From the sequence record SRR22947727_323: DNA of 40,229 bases; one strand, written 5' to 3'. Positions 16,632 through 25,709 of this stretch are shown one piece after another. Every line of letters begins with the position of its first letter. The stretch's first letter is position 1. Under the pieces are notes generated by a model, which saw nothing but the letters and a program-made list of their open reading frames with translations, was not told where the DNA came from and did not search any database. A program made the translations under genes and the position numbers.

Positions 16632-16982
16632 ATGGCACATTTTGCAAAAGTAGAAAACGGTTTAGTAACACAAGTAATAGTAGCAGACTCTGAGTTCTTT
16701 GATACCTTCGTGGACTCAAGTCCTGGTGAATGGATAAAAACTAGTTATAATACACAAGGTGGTGTACATACAAAAGGTGGTACACCTTTACGTAAAAATT
16801 ATGCTGGTATTGGATTTATATATGATAAAGGAAGAGACGCTTTTCATGCGCCTCAACCATTCAATAGCTGGACTTTAGACTCTGATACATACCAATGGCA
16901 ATCACCTGTAAGTTATCCAACTGATGATAAACCATATACATGGAATGAAGAATCTCAATCGTGGGATTCTGATAGTTTATAA
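16632..16982 (+). CDS. Conserved fibre-associated protein (MAHFA family)
   Basis: MAHFAKV..VTQVIV..WIKTSYNT..LRKNYAGIG..YD..RDAF..PQP..SWTL..WQSPV.YP; typical partner of Gly-rich fibres; AGGAG RBS. Confidence 0.75.
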   Translation: MAHFAKVENGLVTQVIVADSEFFDTFVDSSPGEWIKTSYNTQGGVHTKGGTPLRKNYAGIGFIYDKGRDAFHAPQPFNSWTLDSDTYQWQSPVSYPTDDKPYTWNEESQSWDSDSL

Positions 16983-17666
16983 GTTCTCTCTATCGAACAT
17001 TTTAACTAACCTCGCCACAATATCCGATCTCACAATGTCTTTTACAGTAAATCTCACTACTGGTATATCAATGTCGTACTTAGAACACATTTGTGAAAAG
17101 TGTAACAAGTTATTTCCTTTAGCTACATCTGATTGAGCAGGATCTCCTGATAAGATTAGTTTTGAATTTTCACCTAGTCTTGTAGTAATGGCTTTAATTT
17201 CTTCAATAGATAAATTTTGAGCTTCATCAACCATAACTAAGCTATTGTTATATGATCTTCCTCTTATAGTTTCAATTGGTTGTACTTCTATCATTTCTTT
17301 TTGTTCCATGTATTCAAATCTACCATGACCTAATCCTTGTTTGAGAACATCTGTCATTGGCATTAACCATGGTTTCATTTTTTCTTCTACAGAGCCTGGA
17401 AAAAAACCTAATGTTCTTCCTACAGAAACGTTAGCTCTGGATAATATTATTTTATCGTATTGACCTTTTAAAAATAATTGAGAAACTTTCATACCTGTAC
17501 AATAAGTCTTTCCTGTTCCTGCTGGTCCTATTGCTACAGTTATTGATGTATTCTCTATACACTCTAATAAGTATTGTTGTGTTGGGTTCTTAGGTTGTAT
17601 ATGGAAGGAGGCTGCGCTTTGTAGTTCATTAATAAAAGATTCCTTTTTGCGTTTAGCTTTTCCCAT
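16977..17666 (-). CDS. phoH: PhoH-family ATPase
   Basis: GPAGTGKT Walker A, LGFFPG, IRGRS, DEAQN, TRLGENSK, GDPAQSD, DIVRS; AGGAG RBS on the minus strand. Confidence 0.95.
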   Translation of the reverse strand: MGKAKRKKESFINELQSAASFHIQPKNPTQQYLLECIENTSITVAIGPAGTGKTYCTGMKVSQLFLKGQYDKIILSRANVSVGRTLGFFPGSVEEKMKPWLMPMTDVLKQGLGHGRFEYMEQKEMIEVQPIETIRGRSYNNSLVMVDEAQNLSIEEIKAITTRLGENSKLILSGDPAQSDVAKGNNLLHFSQMCSKYDIDIPVVRFTVKDIVRSDIVARLVKMFDRENL

Positions 17667-17691
17667 TAAGTTGTTCTCCTAATATGTTTTG

Positions 17692-17724
17692 AAAAAAAAA
17701 TAAGCGAACGTGAAACACGATCGC
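17692..17724 (-). terminator. Terminator-like hairpin plus U-tract in the phoH leader
   Basis: Minus strand reads GCGA-T-CGTG-TTT-CACG-T-TCGC-TTA-T9, about 25 nt upstream of the phoH start. Confidence 0.5.
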
Positions 17725-17765
17725 CTTTGAATTGAAGTATGTAGAAACATTTTTGATAATCATAC

Positions 17766-17771
17766 TATAAT
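17766..17771 (+). promoter_or_regulatory. -10 box for probably leaderless uvsY
   Basis: ACTATAAT, 6 nt, then ATG 17778, with no SD. Same arrangement at 25698-25710. Confidence 0.5.
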
Positions 17772-17778
17772 ATTTATA
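17771..17778 (-). promoter_or_regulatory. Late promoter pointing towards phoH
   Basis: Plus-strand TATTTATA equals TATAAATA on the minus strand; overlaps the uvsY start. Confidence 0.55.
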
Positions 17779-18212
17779 TGATTACACATGAAGAACTGTT
17801 AGATTTATGGGAAAAAGATGCAGAAATTGATAAAGGAAATCTTGATCAAGCTGCAGTAGATATTCCTAAATTGCATCACAAATATTTAAGAATATATTTA
17901 GATTTAAGATCTAAAAAATTAGCTCAAGGTCACAAACTTGAAACTGTTAGAAAAGATAAAGAATTGTATTATACAGGACAAGCTACGTCTGACGTGTATA
18001 AAGAAAAACCATTTGATTTGAAATTGAAAACAAAATCAGGTATTGATAAACACGTCAACACAGATCCAGAAGTTATAAAACTTTTAGAAAAAATTGAATA
18101 TATGGATGTTTTACTTGAAGGAGTAAACCATATTCTAGATCAAATTAAATGGAGAAATCAATCTATCAAGTCAGCTATTGATTGGACTAGATTTACTTCT
18201 GGGGAACTATGA
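17778..18212 (+). CDS. uvsY: Recombination mediator UvsY
   Basis: WEKDAEID...IPKLHHKYL, YYTGQA...YKEKPFDLKLKTK, IKWRNQSIKSAIDWTRFTSG; precedes uvsW. Confidence 0.9.
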   Translation: MITHEELLDLWEKDAEIDKGNLDQAAVDIPKLHHKYLRIYLDLRSKKLAQGHKLETVRKDKELYYTGQATSDVYKEKPFDLKLKTKSGIDKHVNTDPEVIKLLEKIEYMDVLLEGVNHILDQIKWRNQSIKSAIDWTRFTSGEL

Positions 18213-19657
18213 TAATATTTAAAAAGAAAGACGACGTGTATCTTACTTTTGATGGTGATAGACACGATATGCAACAGTTGTCTGATTACTTTACATTCGA
18301 AGTACCAGGAGCTAAGTTTTCTCCACAATATCGTAACAAATTTTGGGACGGTAAAATAAGATTAGCTAATCTTAAAAATTTTACTATATATGCTGGTTTG
18401 TGGGAAGAGATTGTTAAATTTGCTAAAGAGTTAGAAGTAGCTGTAGAATTTGAAGGTAATAAATTTGACTTTCCTGGAAGAGAACAACCAGCTACAGATC
18501 AAATGTTAGAAGGTTTCTTGAAAGTTGTAGAACCAGCAAAAATACAATTCAGAGATTATCAAAAAGAAGCTTTTAAAATTGCAATAAGAAAACAAAGAGC
18601 TCTGTTATTGTCACCTACTGCATCTGGAAAAAGTTTAATAGCTTATAGTTTGTGTAGGTGGTGGGAACAAGTACATAAAAGAAAGATATTAATAGTCGTT
18701 CCCACAATATCTTTAGTGAGTCAGCTACAAGGAGACTTTAGTCAATACTCAGATGGCAAATATGTGACATATGGAATAACAAGTGGTATTGAAAAAGATA
18801 CTGACACAAGATGTATAATATCTACATGGCAATCAATACACAACATGCCTTCAAGTTGGTTTGCACAATTTGGTTCTATAATAGTAGACGAAGTTCACCA
18901 CGCACAGTCAAAGTCAATACAAAAAATAATGAATAAAATGTTAATATGTCCAGATAGAATTGGATTAACAGGTACTCTTCAAGATACAAAAACACACGAA
19001 TTAGTTCTTAAAGGATTGTTTGGTCCTCTTAGTAAAATAATAACAACAAAAGAGCTAATCGATAGAGATCAAGTGTCAGATTTAGATATAAGAGTTTTAT
19101 CTTTAGAATATAAAGACGAACAATGTAAGTTAGCAAGTACATATAAATACCAAGAAGAAATAGACTTTCTTATCAATTATGAAAAAAGAAATAAAATTAT
19201 AGCTAGGATGGCTGGAGATTTACCAGGCAATACATTAGTTGTATTCAACAGATTAGCACATGGCCAGCAAATATTCAGTATGATTAAGACTGAAAAAGAC
19301 AAACATTATGTCGCTGGCGAAACAGATAAAGAACTGAGAGAAACAGTAAGATATCTAACAGAAGAAAATGATACCATCATTGTAGCTTCATTGGGAGTTT
19401 TCAGCACTGGTATTAATATTAGAAATTTACATAATTTAATATTTGCACATCCAACTAAGTCAAAAATTAAAGTTCTCCAATCAATAGGAAGAGTTTTGAG
19501 AAAAGCTGATGATGGTAGAAAAGCAACAGTGTTTGATATTGTAGACAATCTAAAATATAAAGCAAGAGATAATTTTGTATTAAGACACGCCAACGAAAGA
19601 ATAAAATTTTACGTTGATGAGTCTTTTAATTTTAAAATTTCGAAATTGGAACTATAA
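18209..19657 (+). CDS. uvsW: SF2 DNA helicase UvsW
   Basis: FTFEVPGAKFSP..WDGKIRL, RDYQ, SPTASGKS, DEVH, GLTGT, VFSTGINI, LQSIGRVLRK. Confidence 0.95.
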   Translation: MIIFKKKDDVYLTFDGDRHDMQQLSDYFTFEVPGAKFSPQYRNKFWDGKIRLANLKNFTIYAGLWEEIVKFAKELEVAVEFEGNKFDFPGREQPATDQMLEGFLKVVEPAKIQFRDYQKEAFKIAIRKQRALLLSPTASGKSLIAYSLCRWWEQVHKRKILIVVPTISLVSQLQGDFSQYSDGKYVTYGITSGIEKDTDTRCIISTWQSIHNMPSSWFAQFGSIIVDEVHHAQSKSIQKIMNKMLICPDRIGLTGTLQDTKTHELVLKGLFGPLSKIITTKELIDRDQVSDLDIRVLSLEYKDEQCKLASTYKYQEEIDFLINYEKRNKIIARMAGDLPGNTLVVFNRLAHGQQIFSMIKTEKDKHYVAGETDKELRETVRYLTEENDTIIVASLGVFSTGINIRNLHNLIFAHPTKSKIKVLQSIGRVLRKADDGRKATVFDIVDNLKYKARDNFVLRHANERIKFYVDESFNFKISKLEL

Positions 19658-19659
19658 CA

Positions 19660-20310
19660 ATGAGTGAAGAAACACCAACAATAGGACATAACAATCCTCC
19701 AAAAGTAAAACAAAAAAGAACAAGGTTAAAACCAACTAGCGAGCACTATGTTAATAATAAAGAATTTACAAAAGCGCTTGATGCATATTCACGTAATTGT
19801 AAAGAAATGATTGCGGACGGTAAAGAAAGACCTATAATGGGAAAATATTTAGGTAAATGTGTTATTAAAATGGCTACAAGATTATCTTTATCACCTAATT
19901 TTAGAGGATACGTATACAGAGAAGAAATGATACAAGATGCAATATTAGGTGCTGTTAATTATATGCATTTATTTGATGGTAATAGATTTAATAATGGTTT
20001 TGCATATGTTACGCAAATATTGTTTTCACATATGGTACAAACAATTAAAAAAGAAAAAAAGAAATATGAATTAAATTTAAAACTTATACAAAAGGCTGAA
20101 TTGACACATATGAATGATCCTGAATTTGTATCACAACAAACAACTGACGCTCAAGCAATTGCTGATCAGAAATTAGGAGACATAGAAGAAGGAAGAAAGA
20201 ATATATCTAAAAGATCAACAGGATTTAGATTAAAAACTGGTTGGAATAAATCAGAACGAGATTCGTACAAAGGTACACCATTATCAGAAGCTGAACCAAA
20301 GGATAATTAA
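19660..20310 (+). CDS. gp55: Late-transcription sigma factor
   Basis: HYVNNKEF, YLGKC..KMATRLS..PNFRGY.YREEMIQDA, FAYVTQI...IKKEKK. Confidence 0.92.
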   Translation: MSEETPTIGHNNPPKVKQKRTRLKPTSEHYVNNKEFTKALDAYSRNCKEMIADGKERPIMGKYLGKCVIKMATRLSLSPNFRGYVYREEMIQDAILGAVNYMHLFDGNRFNNGFAYVTQILFSHMVQTIKKEKKKYELNLKLIQKAELTHMNDPEFVSQQTTDAQAIADQKLGDIEEGRKNISKRSTGFRLKTGWNKSERDSYKGTPLSEAEPKDN

Positions 20311-21359
20311 TGAAAATAGCGATAGTTGGAGACACACATTTTGGTGTTCGTAACTCTAATTTGACAATACAATATTGGCAAGAGAAATTTTGGACAGATG
20401 TTTTTTGGCCATATATAGATAAACATAAAATAACAACAATAATACAAACTGGTGATTATTTTGATAATCGCAAGTGGATTAATTTACAAACAATGGCTTT
20501 TCAGAAAAAGATGTTTGTTAAAAATCTACAAGAAAGAAATATGAAATGTTATGGTATAATTGGTAACCATGATATTCCTTTAAGATACTCGTTGGAAAAT
20601 AATTCACCATCACAGATTATTAATCACGAAGACGGTATAGAGTATTATGATAAACCAACAAACATAGAACTAGATGGTGTCAACATTACTTTAGTACCTT
20701 GGATCTGTAAAGAAAACGAAGAACAGTGTAACGAGGTAATTAAAAAAGGTGGTGAAGTATTAGTAGGACATTTTGAAATAGATGGCATGTTAATGCATCC
20801 AGGTCATACAGCTCGAGCTGAACTAAAAGTGTCAGATTTCAACGAATGGAAATATGTGATATCAGGTCATTATCATACACAATCACAAAGAGGAAATATC
20901 AATTATATTGGCACACCTTATCAAATGAATTGGAATGATGCTACAGGTAAAAATGGTTTTTGGATATTAGACACAACAGATTTATCTATGGATTTTATAC
21001 AAAACAACAATACATTTTTTAATAAAATATATTGGGAAGATGGTACTGATTACAACATTGATAGATTAAACAATTCATTTGTTAAATTGATAGTTAGAAA
21101 AAAATCTGATTTTGAAATGTTTGAAAAATTTGTTGATAAAATTAACCACCAAGATCCTTTCGAATTAAAAATTATTGAATCGTTTGAAGAATATAGTGAA
21201 GATAATGTAGGTGATATGATAAAAGTTATTGCAACAACAGACTTGATAAAAGAATACATTGATGATGTTGCAACAGAAAATAGTAAAGAAGCTATAAAAA
21301 AATTAATGTTAGAAATTTATGATGACGCACTAAGGATGGACGAAATTGATAGTATTTGA
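20310..21359 (+). CDS. gp47: Recombination endonuclease subunit (Mre11/SbcD-like)
   Basis: DTHFG, GDYFDNR, GNHD, GHFE, SGHYH metallophosphoesterase motifs. Confidence 0.95.
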   Translation: MKIAIVGDTHFGVRNSNLTIQYWQEKFWTDVFWPYIDKHKITTIIQTGDYFDNRKWINLQTMAFQKKMFVKNLQERNMKCYGIIGNHDIPLRYSLENNSPSQIINHEDGIEYYDKPTNIELDGVNITLVPWICKENEEQCNEVIKKGGEVLVGHFEIDGMLMHPGHTARAELKVSDFNEWKYVISGHYHTQSQRGNINYIGTPYQMNWNDATGKNGFWILDTTDLSMDFIQNNNTFFNKIYWEDGTDYNIDRLNNSFVKLIVRKKSDFEMFEKFVDKINHQDPFELKIIESFEEYSEDNVGDMIKVIATTDLIKEYIDDVATENSKEAIKKLMLEIYDDALRMDEIDSI

Positions 21360-23058
21360 TAAAATAACATACAAGAACTTCTTATCAACTGGAAACACAG
21401 GTCAAACTTTATTTTTAAGTAGAACTCCTTCTGCTTTAATTACAGGACCAAATGGAGCAGGTAAATCTACAATGTTAGATGCATTGTGTTTTGCTATTTT
21501 CAATAGACCATATAGAAATGTTTCTAAGTCTCAATTGATAAACACAGTTAATGAAAAAGGTTTGCATGTTGAATTAGAACTTAAAGTAAATCATGTTGTT
21601 TATAAAATAATTAGAGGTGTTAAGCCTAATATATTTGAAATTTATAAAGAAGGTGAACTTTTAGTACAAGAGGCTTCACTTAGAGATTACCAAGATAAAT
21701 TAGAAGATATAATAGGTTTAAACTATAAATCATTTACGCAAATTGTTATACTTGGTTCAGCTAGATATCAATCGTTTATGGATTTATCAAATTATGAGAG
21801 AAGAGGTATCATTGAAGAAATATTAGATATAACAGTATTTTCAAAAATGAATACTATTTTAAGATCAAAAGTATCTGAATTAGATTTGAATATAAAAGAT
21901 AATAATTATCAAAAAGATGTTAACAAAACTAAGATATCAGCACAGAATGGTTTAATAAAAAATATAGATGCTAGATCTAAAGAATCTACAGATAAGATAG
22001 AACAAGAAGAACAAAGAACTAATGCTGAAATAAGTTTATTAGAACGGAGACTTTCAGAGTATGATTCTGATATTCTAAAATATACTAATATGATATCTAC
22101 AGACGACATGCTAACCGAAAAATTAAAACAAGGTGAGCATCAGTTGATAAGAGTAAAAACAGAACTTAAAAATCATAATAAAAAACTAGATTTTTATTCT
22201 ACTAAAAATGTATGTCCAGAATGTGAACAACCACTTACAGACGATCATAAACATCAACAGATTGAATTTCATACCACTAAAAAAACTAAAGCAGATCAAA
22301 TAATAACTATAGCAGACAATGCTTTAACAAAGTTGAAAGAACAAACTAAGAATAACAATTTGGTTAAAGATCAAATTTATATGGTAAGTGGTAACAAAAC
22401 AAAAGTAAAAGCTGAAATTGGATCCAAACAAAGTTATATTTCTAATCTTAATAAAAATAAAAATATGACTGCAGATACAAAGTCTCTAAACGATGCAAGA
22501 GCTGAACTTCACAATCTAAAAGAACTTAGAAAAAAAGTTGAACATGAAGCTATTCAATTAATGGAACGTAAACATTATTTAGAAGTGTGTAAGGTTCTAT
22601 TAAAAGATACTGGAATAAAAGCTAAGATAATTAAACAATATTTACCAATTATGAATAAAATGATTAACATGTATTTGGATAAAATGGGTGCTAATTATTC
22701 TTTCAATCTAGATGAGAATTTTAACGAAATTATTAAAAGTAGATACAGAGATAATTTTAGTTATGCTTCTTTTTCTGAAGGGGAAAAGATGAGAATTGAT
22801 TTAGCTTTGATGTTTACATGGAGAGAGATAGCTAAAATAAAGAACTCTGTTAATACTAACCTTTTAATTATGGACGAAGTAGGCGATAGTTCTTTAGATG
22901 CTGAAGCAACTGATATACTTTGGGATATTTTAGGTGAAATGAATGATGTAAATGTTTGGATAATATCACACAAAACTCAATCAGGAGATAGATTTAAAAC
23001 ATTAATTGAGTTTTATAAGCAAGGTAATTTTTCATATATTAAAGACTCTAAAGTTTAA
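21346..23058 (+). CDS. gp46: Recombination endonuclease ATPase subunit (Rad50/SbcC-like)
   Basis: KNFLSTGN, GPNGAGKST, CPEC zinc hook, FSEGEKMRIDLAL, LLIMDE, ISH. Confidence 0.96.
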   Translation: MIVFDKITYKNFLSTGNTGQTLFLSRTPSALITGPNGAGKSTMLDALCFAIFNRPYRNVSKSQLINTVNEKGLHVELELKVNHVVYKIIRGVKPNIFEIYKEGELLVQEASLRDYQDKLEDIIGLNYKSFTQIVILGSARYQSFMDLSNYERRGIIEEILDITVFSKMNTILRSKVSELDLNIKDNNYQKDVNKTKISAQNGLIKNIDARSKESTDKIEQEEQRTNAEISLLERRLSEYDSDILKYTNMISTDDMLTEKLKQGEHQLIRVKTELKNHNKKLDFYSTKNVCPECEQPLTDDHKHQQIEFHTTKKTKADQIITIADNALTKLKEQTKNNNLVKDQIYMVSGNKTKVKAEIGSKQSYISNLNKNKNMTADTKSLNDARAELHNLKELRKKVEHEAIQLMERKHYLEVCKVLLKDTGIKAKIIKQYLPIMNKMINMYLDKMGANYSFNLDENFNEIIKSRYRDNFSYASFSEGEKMRIDLALMFTWREIAKIKNSVNTNLLIMDEVGDSSLDAEATDILWDILGEMNDVNVWIISHKTQSGDRFKTLIEFYKQGNFSYIKDSKV

Positions 23059-23064
23059 TAAATA
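23057..23064 (+). promoter_or_regulatory. Late promoter-like box, leaderless arrangement
   Basis: AATAAATA 4 nt before ATG 23069; no SD. Confidence 0.55.
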
Positions 23065-23068
23065 ACAT

Positions 23069-25663
23069 ATGAGACTTTTTAGAGTAGATTTTCAAAATAA
23101 TGTAAGACCTCCTATATTGGTAAGAGGTGTTACGAGAGCTCAAATATCTGTACAGATGAAAGAAAGATACGGAGATTTGTTTTTGAAAGTAGAATATATC
23201 TCACATGAAGATGCTGAGGCACAATTTGGACATTTTGATTTATTTAAAGAGTCAAGAGATAGTGGAAGAAGAAGAGGTCAAAAACTTATACCTCATACAC
23301 ACGCAGTTGTTAATACAGATGCACCTAAGTCAAGAAGGATAATGAGTAAACACAGTAGTTCAGAAAAAGCTGACGAATATGTTAAAAAAACACAACCACA
23401 TATTCCAGGTAAATTAGAAGTACAATCTCATGTTGGAAAAAGTACTATGACAGATTATTTTAACGAAACTAAAATTAAAAATACACAGACGAGTAAGGAT
23501 AAGATTATGTTTAAAGATCAATTCAAATTAGCTGAAATTTCTACAAATAAAATATATAAGTATTTAGATAAATCAGGTCAAGAACCTGGACATAAAAAAG
23601 ATATGGAATCTGCTAGTTCAAAAAGAGACAAAGGTTTCAAATTAGCGACTGATAAAGTTTTAGGTAAAGCTAAAGTAAATGCTACTGAATCTAACATTGA
23701 TGAAATTTCGAGAGATATGAAAAATAGATACATAAAAAAAGCATCTGCGAGTTTATATGATAAAGGTCTAGATCAAGGTATTAGTGCAAACGATCCTAAC
23801 AGATTCAAACCTGATAATCAAGTAAAATTAAAAGATCGTATGGACAAAAATAGACATTCATCAATTAAAAGAATAGCAGGAATAGCAAAAGCTACAGAAG
23901 AATTTGCTGATTTTATCACACCTGAGTCTGAACTTACAGAAGAAATGTATTTTAAAGTAAACATACAAGGATTACCAGATATGTATATGACTGCTTCATC
24001 TGCAGGCATGATTAAAGCTAAACTAAGAAAAATGTTAAAGAACATGGATATGATTGGTGACATTGTAAAGACACCTAAAGCTGATGTTCGTAAAGCATTT
24101 AGAATGAAAGCTATGGAAGGTGAAGATTCACAAGATGAATCAACAATATTTGAAGTTAAAGACGGTCCTAAAGACACAAAACTCTCTCCAAATACTAGAG
24201 CATTAGCTAAAGCAAGTGATAATAGATCTAGATCTACAGTAATTAAAGCTATGAATATGAACGCTCCTAAAGATAAAGCAATTGCTGGAAGATCCTATCA
24301 AGAAGATAATAATTTAGATGAAATTTCTTCTGATCTTGCAGGAAGAGCTTATTCATCAGCTAAAAAACAAACAGATTATAAAAAAGTAACTCCTACTACT
24401 GCTAAAAAATCTGTTCAACAGCATAAATTTGTAACTTACAATCAAAGAAAAGCAAGTGATTCAAAACACGTTGGAACTACTGACAAAAGACCAGGAAAAA
24501 ATTATAATCCATACAATACTTCTTCAGAACCTGCTAGAAAAACAGCTGACAGACAAATTGCAGTTGCTAAGAAAAAAGGATATGATGTATCTGAAGATTT
24601 TATTGAAAATAAAAGTAGATTTGGTAAACCTGTAAAAGCTTCTGAAGATGTGTTTGAACATGAAGCAAAGCCAGATGAATCAAATACATTAAACTTTACT
24701 TCTATTCTTACAGGAGACAATCCTTTCTATAGGCCTATACAAGAATTGTCAAAAAACACTTTGAGTAGTTATTCACAAAAAGCAAACAATCGATTGGACA
24801 ATGCTCCTGATAAAAAAGCTATAGGTATACCAACACCAAATAACGTTAGGAAGTATAGTAATAAACTTATGAACAAAATTTCTGGTCAAAGAACAGCACA
24901 AAATAAAGTAGCAAAAGCAGATGGTGTTGATCAACCACATAAGTATATTGGAGGCAAAAAGAGCAATATTAAAATTGCTGCTAACGAAGGTCATGATGAA
25001 ATACAAGATAAAAATGTAGATGGTATAGATGATAATCAAAAACCAGAAGGAAAGAAAACAGCTAAACAATTTCCAGCTCCTAAAGATGCTAAGAATAAAA
25101 TGAAAAGCTTGAAGATGGAAATGAGATCTGATATTGCTGATATAGTAATAGAAAAAGCTAAACTTAAAAAAAATGATATGAAAATGAGAGCAGGAAAGTT
25201 AGATCCTAAAGCTATGATAGCTCTCAAGACCATGAGCCAAGATGAAGCTAAGGTATTGGTTCAAGGTCTACCCTCTAATTTAAGAAAGTCAACAATGAAA
25301 CAATTAGGAATTAAAGAAAAAAATATTCAGAATACTGTTGACCTTATACTTAAAAAAAGATATAATGAGCGTAATGTAACTTTCAATGAGGATAACATGG
25401 AAAAACAACAAGCTCAAGCTACTAAAGCATACAATGATAATAAAAAATCTTTACAATCACTTCATAGAAAAGCAAAATCTAAAGGTGGTCAAGTACATGT
25501 AGATCATACAGATGAAAAGGGTAAAAAACAATCTGGAAGATTTAACGGCATGATGAGAATGGGTGCACATACTTACGCAAAGGTAGAACCTCATGATGGT
25601 AAGAGAGGAGCTACTACTTTGTTACCAATACATCAAGCTCAAAACATTAGACATGTGAAATAA
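23069..25663 (+). CDS. Large Lys-rich modular protein, putative internal head (poly)protein
   Basis: 864 aa; repeated (L/I)xE(I/L)S...Y..KA modules shared with ORF 12864; late promoter; internal RBS+ATG sites at 23507 and 25397. Confidence 0.55.
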   Translation: MRLFRVDFQNNVRPPILVRGVTRAQISVQMKERYGDLFLKVEYISHEDAEAQFGHFDLFKESRDSGRRRGQKLIPHTHAVVNTDAPKSRRIMSKHSSSEKADEYVKKTQPHIPGKLEVQSHVGKSTMTDYFNETKIKNTQTSKDKIMFKDQFKLAEISTNKIYKYLDKSGQEPGHKKDMESASSKRDKGFKLATDKVLGKAKVNATESNIDEISRDMKNRYIKKASASLYDKGLDQGISANDPNRFKPDNQVKLKDRMDKNRHSSIKRIAGIAKATEEFADFITPESELTEEMYFKVNIQGLPDMYMTASSAGMIKAKLRKMLKNMDMIGDIVKTPKADVRKAFRMKAMEGEDSQDESTIFEVKDGPKDTKLSPNTRALAKASDNRSRSTVIKAMNMNAPKDKAIAGRSYQEDNNLDEISSDLAGRAYSSAKKQTDYKKVTPTTAKKSVQQHKFVTYNQRKASDSKHVGTTDKRPGKNYNPYNTSSEPARKTADRQIAVAKKKGYDVSEDFIENKSRFGKPVKASEDVFEHEAKPDESNTLNFTSILTGDNPFYRPIQELSKNTLSSYSQKANNRLDNAPDKKAIGIPTPNNVRKYSNKLMNKISGQRTAQNKVAKADGVDQPHKYIGGKKSNIKIAANEGHDEIQDKNVDGIDDNQKPEGKKTAKQFPAPKDAKNKMKSLKMEMRSDIADIVIEKAKLKKNDMKMRAGKLDPKAMIALKTMSQDEAKVLVQGLPSNLRKSTMKQLGIKEKNIQNTVDLILKKRYNERNVTFNEDNMEKQQAQATKAYNDNKKSLQSLHRKAKSKGGQVHVDHTDEKGKKQSGRFNGMMRMGAHTYAKVEPHDGKRGATTLLPIHQAQNIRHVK
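25338..25366 (+). promoter_or_regulatory. Near-consensus sigma70 promoter inside the 864-aa ORF
   Basis: TTGACC (25338-25343), 17 nt, TATAAT (25361-25366), then a GAGGA RBS and in-frame ATG 25397. Confidence 0.7.
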
Positions 25664-25709
25664 ATCAACTAATTCAACAAAAAATATATTTTGACACTAT
25701 AATTATATT

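Noticed and set aside
15-16980. GATTCAGA/GATTCTGA as a DNA-level repeat or binding site
   Set aside because: Copies examined are in the frame encoding Asp-Ser-Asp/Glu, and synonymous AGT/TCG variants occur, so the signal is at protein level.
25691-25703. TTGACA immediately followed by TATAAT as a perfect sigma70 promoter
   Set aside because: The two boxes are only 1 nt apart, so they cannot act as a -35/-10 pair; only the -10 box is considered.
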